Positions 8,834-18,962 of a stretch of 23,356 bases of DNA are shown here, in pieces. The position numbers and the translations under genes are program-made. How positions within the stretch are numbered: position 1 is the stretch's first letter; every line of letters starts with the position of its first letter. The DNA is from an uncultured virus (IMG/VR IMGVR_UViG_3300037296_000405) (Duplodnaviria > Heunggongvirae > Uroviricota > Caudoviricetes), in IMG/VR virus record IMGVR_UViG_3300037296_000405; one strand, written 5' to 3'. Under the pieces are notes generated by a model that worked only from the letters and a program-made list of their open reading frames with translations, was not told where the DNA came from and did no database searches.

Positions 8834-9202
8834 ATGAAGGATTATGAATTAGAATTTGACGAAGGTTATATTAAAGCGTATGTAGTTAATAATACAGAAA
8901 AAAATATTAAAGAATTATTCTCAACAGAATCAGATAACCTTCTTGAAGGTATGATCAATATGTCAATTAATAATTTTTTATACATAGAAGAGATATACAT
9001 ATATTCTGAATTTAGAAGACAAGGTTTTGCCACAAGGTTATTCTCTGACTTTGTTTCTAGCATTGAAGATGAAGAACTTCCAATAGTATTAATAGCAGGT
9101 TCAGACCATACTCCGAATACAATGGATATTGTTAAGTTTTATGAAAATTTTGGATTTGATATTCTTTTTGATGATCAAGAAAGAATGGTTATGATTCGAT
9201 AA
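8834..9202 (+). CDS. GNAT-family N-acetyltransferase
   Basis: YIEEIYIYSEFRRQGFATRL acetyl-CoA motif A and VKFYENFGF. Confidence 0.88.
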   Translation: MKDYELEFDEGYIKAYVVNNTEKNIKELFSTESDNLLEGMINMSINNFLYIEEIYIYSEFRRQGFATRLFSDFVSSIEDEELPIVLIAGSDHTPNTMDIVKFYENFGFDILFDDQERMVMIR

Positions 9203-9229
9203 ATTTAAAAAATAGGGTATATTTGTTTT

Positions 9230-9619
9230 ATGAATATTTACTTAGAAAATTTAAAAAAAATAATACTAAATTTCATTATTAGCTATGGATTTGCATTTTT
9301 TATTGGTTCTTTAACTTATTTTTTAGAAAAAGATTTGATTCCAAATTATAGGTTTGGATTCATATTTATTATGCTTTTTAGTTTATTTGTATTTGAACTA
9401 ATGAATTTTAAAAAATTGTTTAAAATTAGTAAGCTATTATATTTCACCTTATCATCTTTTATTTATTTTCTTCACGTAGGAATATTGATGATTATGTCAG
9501 CAAAAACTTCAACACCTATTTTTAGTATGTTAATTGCTGTGTCGATGAATATTGTTTTAAATTATCTTATAATGATAAGTATTCAATCACATATAAATAA
9601 AAAAATAGTAAATAAATAA
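9230..9619 (+). CDS. Hypothetical 4-TM membrane protein
   Basis: Four hydrophobic stretches in 129 aa. Confidence 0.7.
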   Translation: MNIYLENLKKIILNFIISYGFAFFIGSLTYFLEKDLIPNYRFGFIFIMLFSLFVFELMNFKKLFKISKLLYFTLSSFIYFLHVGILMIMSAKTSTPIFSMLIAVSMNIVLNYLIMISIQSHINKKIVNK

Positions 9620-9648
9620 TATTTACTATTGATTATTAGACAGAAATA

Positions 9649-9975
9649 ATGTATACTAAAATGATGAAAAATGAATTAGTAGAAAATATGATGTACGCCA
9701 TGGAAACAAGATCTAATTTAATTGAAAAATATGATCCTGAATTAAATCTAAAAGATTCTATTAATGAAAAGAAGTGGATAAATCACGTTATATCTAAAAT
9801 AAATAGAGGGTGGGTTCCAGACTCTGGTGAGGTGACTCTTGAAGTCCATAAAACAATTGAATTCGGACTTTTCCTTAGAAGAGAAGTGTCTGTTTCTCAT
9901 CCAGCCGTAGATTCTATTGAGTATTCATCAGATTCAACAGTAATAAAAGTAAACTTTTCAAAAAAACTTGATTAG
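9649..9975 (+). CDS. Hypothetical protein
   Basis: 108-aa ORF co-oriented with its neighbours; no motif recognised. Confidence 0.7.
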   Translation: MYTKMMKNELVENMMYAMETRSNLIEKYDPELNLKDSINEKKWINHVISKINRGWVPDSGEVTLEVHKTIEFGLFLRREVSVSHPAVDSIEYSSDSTVIKVNFSKKLD

Positions 9976-9996
9976 TTATGCCTTTTTTGATACTAT
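9968..9996 (+). promoter_or_regulatory. Sigma70-type promoter, probably leaderless
   Basis: TTGATT-N17-TACTAT with TGn; ATG 10003 lies 6 nt downstream; no SD. Confidence 0.6.
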
Positions 9997-10002
9997 ATTT
10001 AT

Positions 10003-11613
10003 ATGTACTTAGACCAAATTCTTAATAGTAAAATTAAAATAATTGAAAAGATAGATCACTTTGATTTAGCCGTCAGAGAAGGAATGGAGATTCCTGAATC
10101 TACTATGAAAAGAGCGATTAAGTTACATCCTAACTTTTTTAAAATAAAGTATTGCACTAGAAATAATAGTAGAGTCAATTCAAGTAAAAGGAAAGGTTTT
10201 AGTCTTCTTATTACTATTGTTTTTTCTAGAGGTTATAACCGCATTGTATCAAAAAAAACTTATAAAAACAATGTATCTAGATTGTTACCTTTAATGAATA
10301 TTAATTGGAATTCAAACAAACATAAAAGTGTTATCGAAGAAGTTATTTATTCAGGTGACTATGATAATACAATTTTTGTACTTAATAAAATAAAAGATTT
10401 AAATGTTTTTTTTGCAGAAAGTTATCTTCATCCCACACAAAGACTGACTTCATTAAAATATTTTAAATACTTAATGAATAGAGGATTCAATTTTGAAAGT
10501 GTATTACCAGATGGTGTTGATTGGTATAATAATTTTTTTAAAGCAAAAGGTTTATTAAATAGTAGAATAGTTAATCATTTCTTAAATAAATGTTTATCCA
10601 GTAGTCTTTCGATTAGCAGTTATATTAAGGATTATCAATTTTGTTTTAATTATATTTACGAAAAAATAGTAAAAGATAATTCTTTAGTATCTAATGTTTC
10701 TCTAATGATATTAGACCAATTGATTTTAGAATATAAAATCTTTAGTGACAAACAATATAAAGATAAGCTATTAGACATTAGATCGATTCTTTTTAAAGTA
10801 AATAAAGAAGATAAAAAATCTATATTTAGATATTTAAATGAAGATTTACTTTATATAAGCTACTTAAGTGAAGAAGAATTGGATGTTATTAGGTCAAAAA
10901 ATGGTGTTGACGATTTTATTGATAGTAAATCGATTGTAAAATATATTGAAAGTAAGATGTTTTATACTGAAGGAAGTTTTAAGATATATAATTGTAACAA
11001 CATAATATCCAAAATTATAAGATTGAAAAAAATGTTTCCTGAAATAGCTGAATCTGAATTAATTAAAATTCCAGATAGTATAAAGGTATATTTGTCGGAT
11101 CAACAATACAAAAGTGAAAGTGATAATCTTATATTATATTTATTGGATCATTATGATGATAAAAAAGTAGTTGAATTATTGTCAAGTTATAAAGAGAGTC
11201 AATCAGTAAATATAGACAGAATGTTGTCATCAGGAAGTCAGTCGGAGTTACCCCCAAAAGACATAGATAGTCTAGATGATTTATTAAAAGATTTTATAGA
11301 AGTAAGTAGATTTATTGATGTTTTTTATGGTAAAAAAAGATATGCATCTAATAGAGGTGTGAAGGATTTTGATGGAAAAGTATTTCAACTTCTATCATCG
11401 GAAAATGTTAAGTACTTATTCGGTTTAGGACTTAATAGTGAATTTTATAAAACACTTAAAGGAGATAATCACGACCAAGATTTAGTAATTGTTTTTTCAA
11501 ATAACACTCCTATCGGGGCGATATCCTTTAATATAGTAGAAATATCAAAAGAGTATTACATCGACGGAGAAAGTTTAAATATAAGCCTTGAAGAATTAAG
11601 GAGTATAGAGTGA
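10003..11613 (+). CDS. Hypothetical protein (536 aa), helical; possible degenerate paralog of the downstream PcfJ protein
   Basis: Long ORF with GTGA overlap into the next gene; weak C-terminal resemblance only. Confidence 0.75.
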   Translation: MYLDQILNSKIKIIEKIDHFDLAVREGMEIPESTMKRAIKLHPNFFKIKYCTRNNSRVNSSKRKGFSLLITIVFSRGYNRIVSKKTYKNNVSRLLPLMNINWNSNKHKSVIEEVIYSGDYDNTIFVLNKIKDLNVFFAESYLHPTQRLTSLKYFKYLMNRGFNFESVLPDGVDWYNNFFKAKGLLNSRIVNHFLNKCLSSSLSISSYIKDYQFCFNYIYEKIVKDNSLVSNVSLMILDQLILEYKIFSDKQYKDKLLDIRSILFKVNKEDKKSIFRYLNEDLLYISYLSEEELDVIRSKNGVDDFIDSKSIVKYIESKMFYTEGSFKIYNCNNIISKIIRLKKMFPEIAESELIKIPDSIKVYLSDQQYKSESDNLILYLLDHYDDKKVVELLSSYKESQSVNIDRMLSSGSQSELPPKDIDSLDDLLKDFIEVSRFIDVFYGKKRYASNRGVKDFDGKVFQLLSSENVKYLFGLGLNSEFYKTLKGDNHDQDLVIVFSNNTPIGAISFNIVEISKEYYIDGESLNISLEELRSIE

Positions 11614-13217
11614 TTAATCAAGCTTTTCTAAAATTAAAAAGTATAGAGTCTAAAGCTAGATATATAGAATTGCTTAAAAAGCAAAATTTTAATTTTAATT
11701 GGAAGATTGTTTTGTCTAACAATAAAGGCTTACTTTTTACAGATTATGATAACAATCCACAAAATGATAGGTATTTCAGGTCAAATAGAAGAATCGGTCG
11801 TCAGCCATCTTATCGATTATTAAACTTTAAATTTAATAATAGAGAAATTAATCAGATATGTTCATTTTTTATTGATAACAAAGATAAAAAATCTTTGTCT
11901 AAACTATTTGATTATCATCCACATTGGATGAATTTATTGACTTTAAATAATTTTAAAAAATGTATCAAATATATTTTTAAAAAAGAAATAAAGTTTTCTT
12001 TTAATCATTTAAAAAAAGAATATATTAATATACTGGTAAAAAACAAAATTTCTATAATTTATTATAAGCATGATGTTACCTATCTTGATTTTAATAAAAT
12101 TAGTTTTTTTTTAAAGAAAGGTGGAACATTATCTTTAGAATTATTATATATTTTATTTTTATCTATAAATTTAAATAGAACATTTTTTAAAGATTTGGGT
12201 GAAATTTATTTCTACATTGATAAAGATATAAGATTGAAAATTTTAATGAAATTAATCGAAAATCATAAAATTTCTAAGGTTATTTTATATTGTGATACAT
12301 ATATTAAAAATAATAACTGGAATAAAAAAACTATAAAGGTACAAAATTTAAAAAAAGATATTTACTCATTGTTAAATAAAAAAGGCTCTGAATATAATCT
12401 ATTTATGAAAGATTATATTCAATACTCAACAAAGTCTTATTATCTCAAAGAAGACCTTCTTGGGTTTCTTGTGTCAAAAGAAAAAATATTAAGTGTAGTT
12501 AAAAATAAGAGAGTAAAGAAAAAGCTCGAAGAGTTTACTTTTATTAATGATAATAAAGAAATTTCGTTAAGTTCTTGGATTGCTACTTATTTTTGTAAAA
12601 ACTTTTATAAAGATGTCGATGAACAATTACTACTCCCGCTCATTAAAGAATATAAAACTAATGCTAATTATTTAAGGAATTATTTTGAATTTATGAGTCA
12701 TATAGTAAGTGCGAAAAAAGCCATTAAGTTAGCGGATAGTCTTAGTCTAGATATTAGAAATATGAAACATCTTTTTGAAAAGATTAAAAATCATAATGAA
12801 GGTTTTAAAGTACCTAAATTTAAAACGTTAAAAGATTTACATATAATTTTAGAGAAAGAATCGTCAAAAGTAGAACAAAAAGATTTTAGATTAAACCAAG
12901 GACTAGATAGTATAGATGGTGCTAAGATAAATGATAGATTAGTTATAGGTATACCAAAAACAAGTCACGATTTGATTACGGTGGGATCTGTTTTAAAGCA
13001 TTGTGTTGGAAATGGAAGGTATTCAAATCATGTCTATGAAGGAAGTATTAAACTAGTGACTCTTTCCGAAGAAGATAAATTACTTTCTTGTATACAGTAT
13101 TCAAATGGGCATATCGAACAAAATAAAGGTCATTATAATACAAACATTAAGTTATCTAAAAAAGATGAAAAGAAGATAATTAAGTTAATTTCAGATGCTA
13201 TTTCTTCAAATAGTTGA
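11610..13217 (+). CDS. PcfJ-like domain protein
   Basis: TLKDLHIIL...IPKTSHDLITVGSVLKHCVGNGRYSNHVYEG...QNKGHYN matches the PcfJ C-terminal pattern. SD AAGGAG before GTG. Confidence 0.8.
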   Translation: MINQAFLKLKSIESKARYIELLKKQNFNFNWKIVLSNNKGLLFTDYDNNPQNDRYFRSNRRIGRQPSYRLLNFKFNNREINQICSFFIDNKDKKSLSKLFDYHPHWMNLLTLNNFKKCIKYIFKKEIKFSFNHLKKEYINILVKNKISIIYYKHDVTYLDFNKISFFLKKGGTLSLELLYILFLSINLNRTFFKDLGEIYFYIDKDIRLKILMKLIENHKISKVILYCDTYIKNNNWNKKTIKVQNLKKDIYSLLNKKGSEYNLFMKDYIQYSTKSYYLKEDLLGFLVSKEKILSVVKNKRVKKKLEEFTFINDNKEISLSSWIATYFCKNFYKDVDEQLLLPLIKEYKTNANYLRNYFEFMSHIVSAKKAIKLADSLSLDIRNMKHLFEKIKNHNEGFKVPKFKTLKDLHIILEKESSKVEQKDFRLNQGLDSIDGAKINDRLVIGIPKTSHDLITVGSVLKHCVGNGRYSNHVYEGSIKLVTLSEEDKLLSCIQYSNGHIEQNKGHYNTNIKLSKKDEKKIIKLISDAISSNS

Positions 13218-13236
13218 TTTATCGTAAAATTATATG

Positions 13237-13264
13237 TTGATTATATTAATTATTATGATATAAT
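13237..13264 (+). promoter_or_regulatory. Sigma70-type promoter, probably leaderless
   Basis: TTGATT-N16-TATAAT with TGn; ATG 13271 lies 6 nt downstream; no SD. Confidence 0.55.
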
Positions 13265-13270
13265 TATATT

Positions 13271-13906
13271 ATGAATTTTTTGATAACATTGTTTATAATA
13301 TTTTTTTCAGTTAATACTTTCTCATCAGAAGTAGATACTGCTCTATCCTGTAGACAATCTTTTTTTAAGAATAAAACCTTTTCAACTTTAGTTTCTAGCT
13401 TGTCCATAGATGATGGAACTTTTATTACCATGGATGTTATTGAGTACTGCAAGTGTGAAGCTCCAAACATTATTAAAGAAAACAATGAGAAAAAAGAAAA
13501 TTGGTTAAAGTACGCTTTTAAGGATAAGAGTAAAATGTTAATATCTAAAGATATTTGCTCTGCGAAGAGCTTTACTCATCCTCGTAGTTTGGAAGTTTTT
13601 TATATTACTAAGTTTACAAATTGGTTTTCAAGTTCTATTGACGAAAAAATAAGTAAACATGTTATGGGAGCCTCTATTCGAAAAATTGCAGGTGAAGATA
13701 AATGGTACGAATATTTGTCTTGTGCTCACAAAATCATTGAAGAAAGATGTTCAAAGATAAAGAGCTTATCTGTAACTTATTCATGCATAAAAGATTCTTT
13801 CAATCCTGTAGAATATGATAAAAAAATAAATAGACAATGTGATTTATATCTTCATGATAAGCCAAAAAAGATGCAACTAGTTGAATTTTCTGGAATGATG
13901 CTGTAG
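13271..13906 (+). CDS. Secreted cysteine-rich hypothetical protein
   Basis: Signal peptide MNFLITLFIIFFSVNTFS; eight Cys in the mature part. Confidence 0.75.
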   Translation: MNFLITLFIIFFSVNTFSSEVDTALSCRQSFFKNKTFSTLVSSLSIDDGTFITMDVIEYCKCEAPNIIKENNEKKENWLKYAFKDKSKMLISKDICSAKSFTHPRSLEVFYITKFTNWFSSSIDEKISKHVMGASIRKIAGEDKWYEYLSCAHKIIEERCSKIKSLSVTYSCIKDSFNPVEYDKKINRQCDLYLHDKPKKMQLVEFSGMML

Positions 13907-13961
13907 ATAAAATTCTTGTAATTGATGATCTTTTATGATATTATTTCTTTAGGAGATTAAT

Positions 13962-14363
13962 ATGAAAATTGTATTATTTATTTTATGTATTTTAAATTTA
14001 GTAAGTTGTGGTGACCGTAGTCGCATTGATTCTGAACACGAGGAATACTTCTTACCAGAAGGATGGAGACTTAATCGATTCGTATACAATACAGGCTCTA
14101 AGGTTAGTAGACACATAAAAATGACTATCCCTAGCTCAGAAGGTTCATCGATTAACGTAACGATTCAAATACCTAGTTATGATAGTAGTTTAAGAAACTA
14201 TTGCTTAGGTGGAAGGATTCTAAGTCTGGATTACTCTAGATTTTTATCAGACCAAAAATATGATGTAATAGATTGTTATCAATACAATGGTGAATACAGA
14301 GCCGAAATTAGGTTCTATGATATGTCGGAGCAAGTTGTTGAATTTGATTTTCAAGGGTATTAA
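13962..14363 (+). CDS. Hypothetical lipoprotein
   Basis: Lipobox-like LVSC after a hydrophobic signal; SD AGGAG; promoter TTGTAA-N17-TATTAT at 13916-13944. Confidence 0.75.
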   Translation: MKIVLFILCILNLVSCGDRSRIDSEHEEYFLPEGWRLNRFVYNTGSKVSRHIKMTIPSSEGSSINVTIQIPSYDSSLRNYCLGGRILSLDYSRFLSDQKYDVIDCYQYNGEYRAEIRFYDMSEQVVEFDFQGY

Positions 14364-15595
14364 TAACTTTTGATAAATTCCTTATAATTTTTAACAACCG
14401 TTTCAGAGAATTTATTGTTAATAAATTTTGTAAACTCACTAGGTACATCAATGTCTTTTTCAAGACCTATTTCATCAATTATTTTTTTAAATTTAATAGG
14501 ATGAGCTGTAGCTACGATTATTTGCGGACTAATATTTTTTATACTATTTAATGCGTAAAAAGCACATGCAGTGTGAGGGTCTATTATATAATTATACTTT
14601 TTAAAAGTTTCTAGTATAGTTTTTTTTATTTCTTCGTCTGATGTTGAATATATTTTTATAAACTCATTGATGGTATCAAGGGGAAATATATTCTTAATTC
14701 TCTCTAAATTGCTGGGAAGTCCCACATCCATTGCATTAGCAACAGTTTTTATTGTCTTAAACTTTTTTAATTTATTTGATTTAAAAAAGTACGGTATGGA
14801 TTTGTTAGCGTTAGTAGCTAAAGTTATGTCGTATATTGGAAATCCCATTTTTTTTGCCCAAATACATGCAAGAGCATTACCCATATTTCCAGATGGAATT
14901 ATGTAAGAAGCTGAAGGGTTCTTTAAGCTAGTGTATGCATAATATGTTACTTGACCTAATATCCTTCCAATATTTATACTATTGGCAGAACAAAGATTAT
15001 CTTTATCTAAATTTTCTTTCAAAGCTCTTTTTACATTTTGTTGACATTCATCAAAATTTCCATCGAAAGCTATTGGGTGAATATTGTCTTTCCAGTAGTT
15101 AAGTTGTGAACGCTGTTCCTCAGATACTCCATCTTTAGGATATAGGACAACTACTTTTATGTTCGGAATACCATGAAAAGCTGAAGCAACGGCACTTCCT
15201 GTATCCCCACTAGTCGCGGTTAGGATTGTTATGGGTTTATTGATTCTTTTTAAGCATTGAGCTAAGAATCTTGCGCCAAAATCTTTAAAAGCCTGCGTGG
15301 GTCCATGATATAATTCTAGAACTTTTGTTGTAGAAGATATTGTTTTGAATAAAATTGGAAAATTAAAAGATTCATAACAGATTTCTTTTAAACTATCTTC
15401 AAGTGAACTATCTTTAAAGAAATTTTTTAGTAATTGGAAAGAGAATTCTGGATAATCTAAGTTAACATAATCTGTTGGATTTATTATTGGTATTCTAGAT
15501 GGAATAAAAAGTCCACCATCAGAAGATATCCCCTTGAATAGTGCATCATCTAGGGACACTGTATTTTTATTATCATTAGTACTATAGAACTTCAT
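14360..15595 (-). CDS. thrC: Threonine synthase
   Basis: MKFYST, DGGLFIP, ELYHGPTQAFKDFGARF (PLP lysine), ATSGDTGSAVA, SANSINIGR, PSGNMGN, DPHTA, ATAHPIKF. Start moved to ATG 15595. Confidence 0.97.
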   Translation of the reverse strand: MKFYSTNDNKNTVSLDDALFKGISSDGGLFIPSRIPIINPTDYVNLDYPEFSFQLLKNFFKDSSLEDSLKEICYESFNFPILFKTISSTTKVLELYHGPTQAFKDFGARFLAQCLKRINKPITILTATSGDTGSAVASAFHGIPNIKVVVLYPKDGVSEEQRSQLNYWKDNIHPIAFDGNFDECQQNVKRALKENLDKDNLCSANSINIGRILGQVTYYAYTSLKNPSASYIIPSGNMGNALACIWAKKMGFPIYDITLATNANKSIPYFFKSNKLKKFKTIKTVANAMDVGLPSNLERIKNIFPLDTINEFIKIYSTSDEEIKKTILETFKKYNYIIDPHTACAFYALNSIKNISPQIIVATAHPIKFKKIIDEIGLEKDIDVPSEFTKFINNKFSETVVKNYKEFIKSY

Positions 15596-16487
15596 GTGCA
15601 CCTTCATTATTAATTTCAACAGTCTTAATCCAAAATTTATTATAGTATATTTCAACTACCTTCCTTAGTTTGAGTTCATCTTCAGTGTTGTTTTTTTTAT
15701 TAGATAAAGCAAACATTGTTGGACCAGAACCTGAAATAGATAATGCCATATTGTTTTTTTTAGCTTCTTCTTGAATTTGAAGAAAACCTTTTATCAATAT
15801 GTGTCTTATAGGCTCAATGATTACATCACGACAGGACAATAATATTTCATTAAAATTCCCTTTGCTTAGAGCAATAATGAATCTTGCAAGGTATCCACTT
15901 TGTTTGACATGTTTATTAAGACTTATTTTTGAAGGTAGTAATTTTCTAGATTCTGCTGTTTTAATTATAATATCAGGATGTATTAATATTATGGATAAAT
16001 TTTTTATATTGTTTTCTAAAGAAATTACTTTATTGTCACTTACTAGAGTTATACCTCCATTCAAACAGGGGGCGATATTGTCAAAATGAGATGCTCCCGA
16101 GAGTTCTTCTCCTGCAAGAGCACATAAAAGTAATTCATCTTGAGATAAAGGATTGTTGAGCAGTTTGTTTGCTCCAACAACAGCTCCTACGGCTGATGCT
16201 GCAGAACCACCTAAACCAGAGCCAATAGGAATTCCTTTTTTTATGTGAACACTGAATCCTTTATTATATTTAAGTCTTTCCTTGAGCGCTTTAAGTGCGC
16301 CATAAGCCGTGTTTCTTTTATCTGTTGGAATGTTTTCGTTGTCGCATGTTATCTTAATTGAGTCTGAGTCAATTAATGTAATGGATATGGTATCTCCTAT
16401 AGAGCTGATGGCTAATCCCAATTGGTCAAATCCTACAGCTAGATTTGCAATTGTTGCAGGAGCAAATATTGTTATTTTATTTTTCAA
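15582..16487 (-). CDS. thrB: Homoserine kinase
   Basis: APATIANLAVGFD, KGIPIGSGLGGSAAS (GHMP motif), HFDNIAP, ISGSGPT. Start moved to TTG 16487 behind SD GAGGAG. Confidence 0.97.
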   Translation of the reverse strand: MKNKITIFAPATIANLAVGFDQLGLAISSIGDTISITLIDSDSIKITCDNENIPTDKRNTAYGALKALKERLKYNKGFSVHIKKGIPIGSGLGGSAASAVGAVVGANKLLNNPLSQDELLLCALAGEELSGASHFDNIAPCLNGGITLVSDNKVISLENNIKNLSIILIHPDIIIKTAESRKLLPSKISLNKHVKQSGYLARFIIALSKGNFNEILLSCRDVIIEPIRHILIKGFLQIQEEAKKNNMALSISGSGPTMFALSNKKNNTEDELKLRKVVEIYYNKFWIKTVEINNEGAHEVL

Positions 16488-18828
16488 GAGGGTTCTCCTC
16501 AATAATTTGGATAATATCAGACAAAAGTCCAAGTGAAGTTACTTCAACTCCAGCCCCCGGACCCTTTATCACTAATGGATTAGTATCGTAAGAATCTGTA
16601 TGAATGACAACCATATTATCAGTACCTTGAAGACTAAAGAAATTACTTTTTTTATTTATTTTAACAAGTTTAAGTGATACTTTTTTATTTTTTAAGTTAA
16701 TACTTACTGTATAACATAATTTGTGTTTAGCTTCTTGAAAATCTTGAATGCTCTTATCAAGGTTTTTTAAACTAGACATGAAATCTTCTATATTTAATTC
16801 ATCTAGTTTTTTATTATAAAGAGAATCAATTTCTATATCTTTTAATTCTATATTGAGTCCACATTCTCGTGCTAATATTAGAGCTTTTTTTGCTATATCA
16901 TTTCCATTTAAGTCATCTCTTGGGTCAGGTTCAGTATAGCCTAGATTAAAAGCCTCTTTAACTATTGATGAAAAAAGAACTTCTTCGTTTAATGTATTAA
17001 ATATATAAGAGAGCGTTCCTGATAAAGTAGCTTCTATTTTATTTATTTTATCTCCACTTTGGATAAGAGACTTAATCGTGCCTATAATAGGCAAACCTGC
17101 ACCAACAGTTGTTTCATATTTAATTTTATTAATATTTTTCTGAATATTTGAGAAATATTCGATATCTGCCGAGAGCCCTTTTTTATTAGCTGTCACAATA
17201 TTCATACCTTTATCAACCCAGTTCAAATAATTCATACTTATCTCATTATTGGATGTACAGTCTGCAATAATAAATTCGCCAGAGTATTGTTTTTTCATAA
17301 AATCAATAGCTTTTTCTATATTAACTGCTTCTCCTGCAACGAACAATGACTTGGTATCTTTATTGTTAAAAATCATCTTAGCAGAGTTACAAAATCCAAC
17401 TAGATTTATTAAAGGGTTTTCTATTTTAACTATTCTTTCACACAATTTTTTCCCAACACCACCAACACCAATGACAAATATATTATATCTTTTTTCTTCA
17501 AAGAATTTATTATGTAAATAGTTTAATGATTTATTTACATCTGAACTATTTATTACAATAGATATATTACGCTCAGAACTTCCTTGAGCAATTGCTCTTA
17601 TATTTATTTTATTTTTCCCTAAGCAAGAAAAAATATCTCCTGCAATACCTGAATTAGACGACATATTATCACCTACACAAGCAATAATTGAGATGTTACT
17701 TTGATAATCTACTTCTTTTAATTTCCCTTTATTAATATCAAACTCAAAATAAGTATTTAAAGCATTTTTTGCTGTATCAGCATTCGAGGATTTAATAACA
17801 AATGAAATCGAATATTCAGAACTGCCTTGAGTTATTAATATTATTGATATGTTATTATCTTTTAGTACAGAAAATATATTACTTGCAACACCGGGGAGAC
17901 CTATAAGCGAATTTCCCTCAATGTTAAATAAAGAAAGATTTTCCATTACACTAAAACCTTTAATACTATTCTCAAGAGAAGGCTCATTTTGGATAATAGT
18001 TCCTTCATGATTAGGTTCAAATGTATTTTTAATTATAATAGGTATTTTCTTTTGAATAACTGGATTCATTGTTTTGGGATGAATTACTGTCGCTCCAAAA
18101 TGAGCTAGCTCAATTGCTTCATCGTAAGAGAGACTTTTTATCAAATGAGCATTATTAACTATTCTAGGGTCTGCAGAACATACACCAGATATGTCAGTCC
18201 AAATATAAACTGCTTTTGCATTTATTAAATTACCTATAATTGAAGCTGTGTAATCACTTCCATTTCTATTTAAAGTGCAAGGGACATTTTCTTTAGTCCT
18301 AGCTCTAAATCCAGTTATAATGTTTTTAGACTCAGAAACAATAAGATGGTCAAAAAGTTCTAAACTAGTTATAAAATCTATATCATTATCAACTACAGTT
18401 ATAAAATCTCTAGCATCTACTTGATTAGCTGGTATATTGTTATCATTTAATAATTGAGTTAAAATAAAAGATGACCATAATTCCCCATATGAGCTAAGTA
18501 ATTGTATAATAGAATCAGGGGTGCTACTTTTAAGTATTTCAATTGAACTTAGTAATCCTAAAATCTCAATTTCACAAGAAGAAAAGTAATTTAAAAAAGG
18601 ATGTTCCTTTAGATTTAATTCTTGAATTATTTTAAGGTGAAAATCTTTCAATTCTTTTATTATTTTTTTATTAGATGTTTGAGAAAACTCTATTAGTTTG
18701 TTTGTAGTTCCTTTTGTTGCTGAAACTACAATAAATTGTGATGGGTTTTTTTCTGTAATTATATTTAAAACTTTTTTAAAGCAACCAGCATTCTCAAGGC
18801 TACTTCCTCCAAATTTATGAACTATCAT
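16477..18828 (-). CDS. thrA: Bifunctional aspartokinase / homoserine dehydrogenase
   Basis: HKFGGSS, RNGSDYTA, ADPR, two ACT domains (QGSSE twice), GVGGVG, TANKK, YETTVGAGLP, EPDPRDDL, GPGAG. SD AGGAG. Confidence 0.97.
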   Translation of the reverse strand: MIVHKFGGSSLENAGCFKKVLNIITEKNPSQFIVVSATKGTTNKLIEFSQTSNKKIIKELKDFHLKIIQELNLKEHPFLNYFSSCEIEILGLLSSIEILKSSTPDSIIQLLSSYGELWSSFILTQLLNDNNIPANQVDARDFITVVDNDIDFITSLELFDHLIVSESKNIITGFRARTKENVPCTLNRNGSDYTASIIGNLINAKAVYIWTDISGVCSADPRIVNNAHLIKSLSYDEAIELAHFGATVIHPKTMNPVIQKKIPIIIKNTFEPNHEGTIIQNEPSLENSIKGFSVMENLSLFNIEGNSLIGLPGVASNIFSVLKDNNISIILITQGSSEYSISFVIKSSNADTAKNALNTYFEFDINKGKLKEVDYQSNISIIACVGDNMSSNSGIAGDIFSCLGKNKINIRAIAQGSSERNISIVINSSDVNKSLNYLHNKFFEEKRYNIFVIGVGGVGKKLCERIVKIENPLINLVGFCNSAKMIFNNKDTKSLFVAGEAVNIEKAIDFMKKQYSGEFIIADCTSNNEISMNYLNWVDKGMNIVTANKKGLSADIEYFSNIQKNINKIKYETTVGAGLPIIGTIKSLIQSGDKINKIEATLSGTLSYIFNTLNEEVLFSSIVKEAFNLGYTEPDPRDDLNGNDIAKKALILARECGLNIELKDIEIDSLYNKKLDELNIEDFMSSLKNLDKSIQDFQEAKHKLCYTVSINLKNKKVSLKLVKINKKSNFFSLQGTDNMVVIHTDSYDTNPLVIKGPGAGVEVTSLGLLSDIIQIIEENPLEK

Positions 18829-18909
18829 ACAACTCCTGATTTACTGGTAAATGTAAAATAAAGACAAATATCTTAATTTATTTAAGATCATTTTAAATTG
18901 ATGATATTG

Positions 18910-18938
18910 TTGCAAAATAATTTTAAAATTGATATACT
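18910..18938 (+). promoter_or_regulatory. Sigma70-type promoter of the endonuclease-like gene
   Basis: TTGCAA-N17-TATACT with TGn. Confidence 0.6.
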
Positions 18939-18962
18939 TAGTTTACAGATAAGGATGTCTAA

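Noticed and set aside
15596..16532. Track starts for thrC (15655) and thrB (16532)
   Set aside because: The extensions overlap the upstream genes; family N-termini and SD positions support 15595 and 16487.
8866..17521. ORFs 8866-9063(-), 13264-13485(-), 14667-14906(+), 15799-16089(+), 16309-16536(+) and 17249-17521(+)
   Set aside because: Antisense to the GNAT, the secreted protein and thrABC; no motifs or SD.
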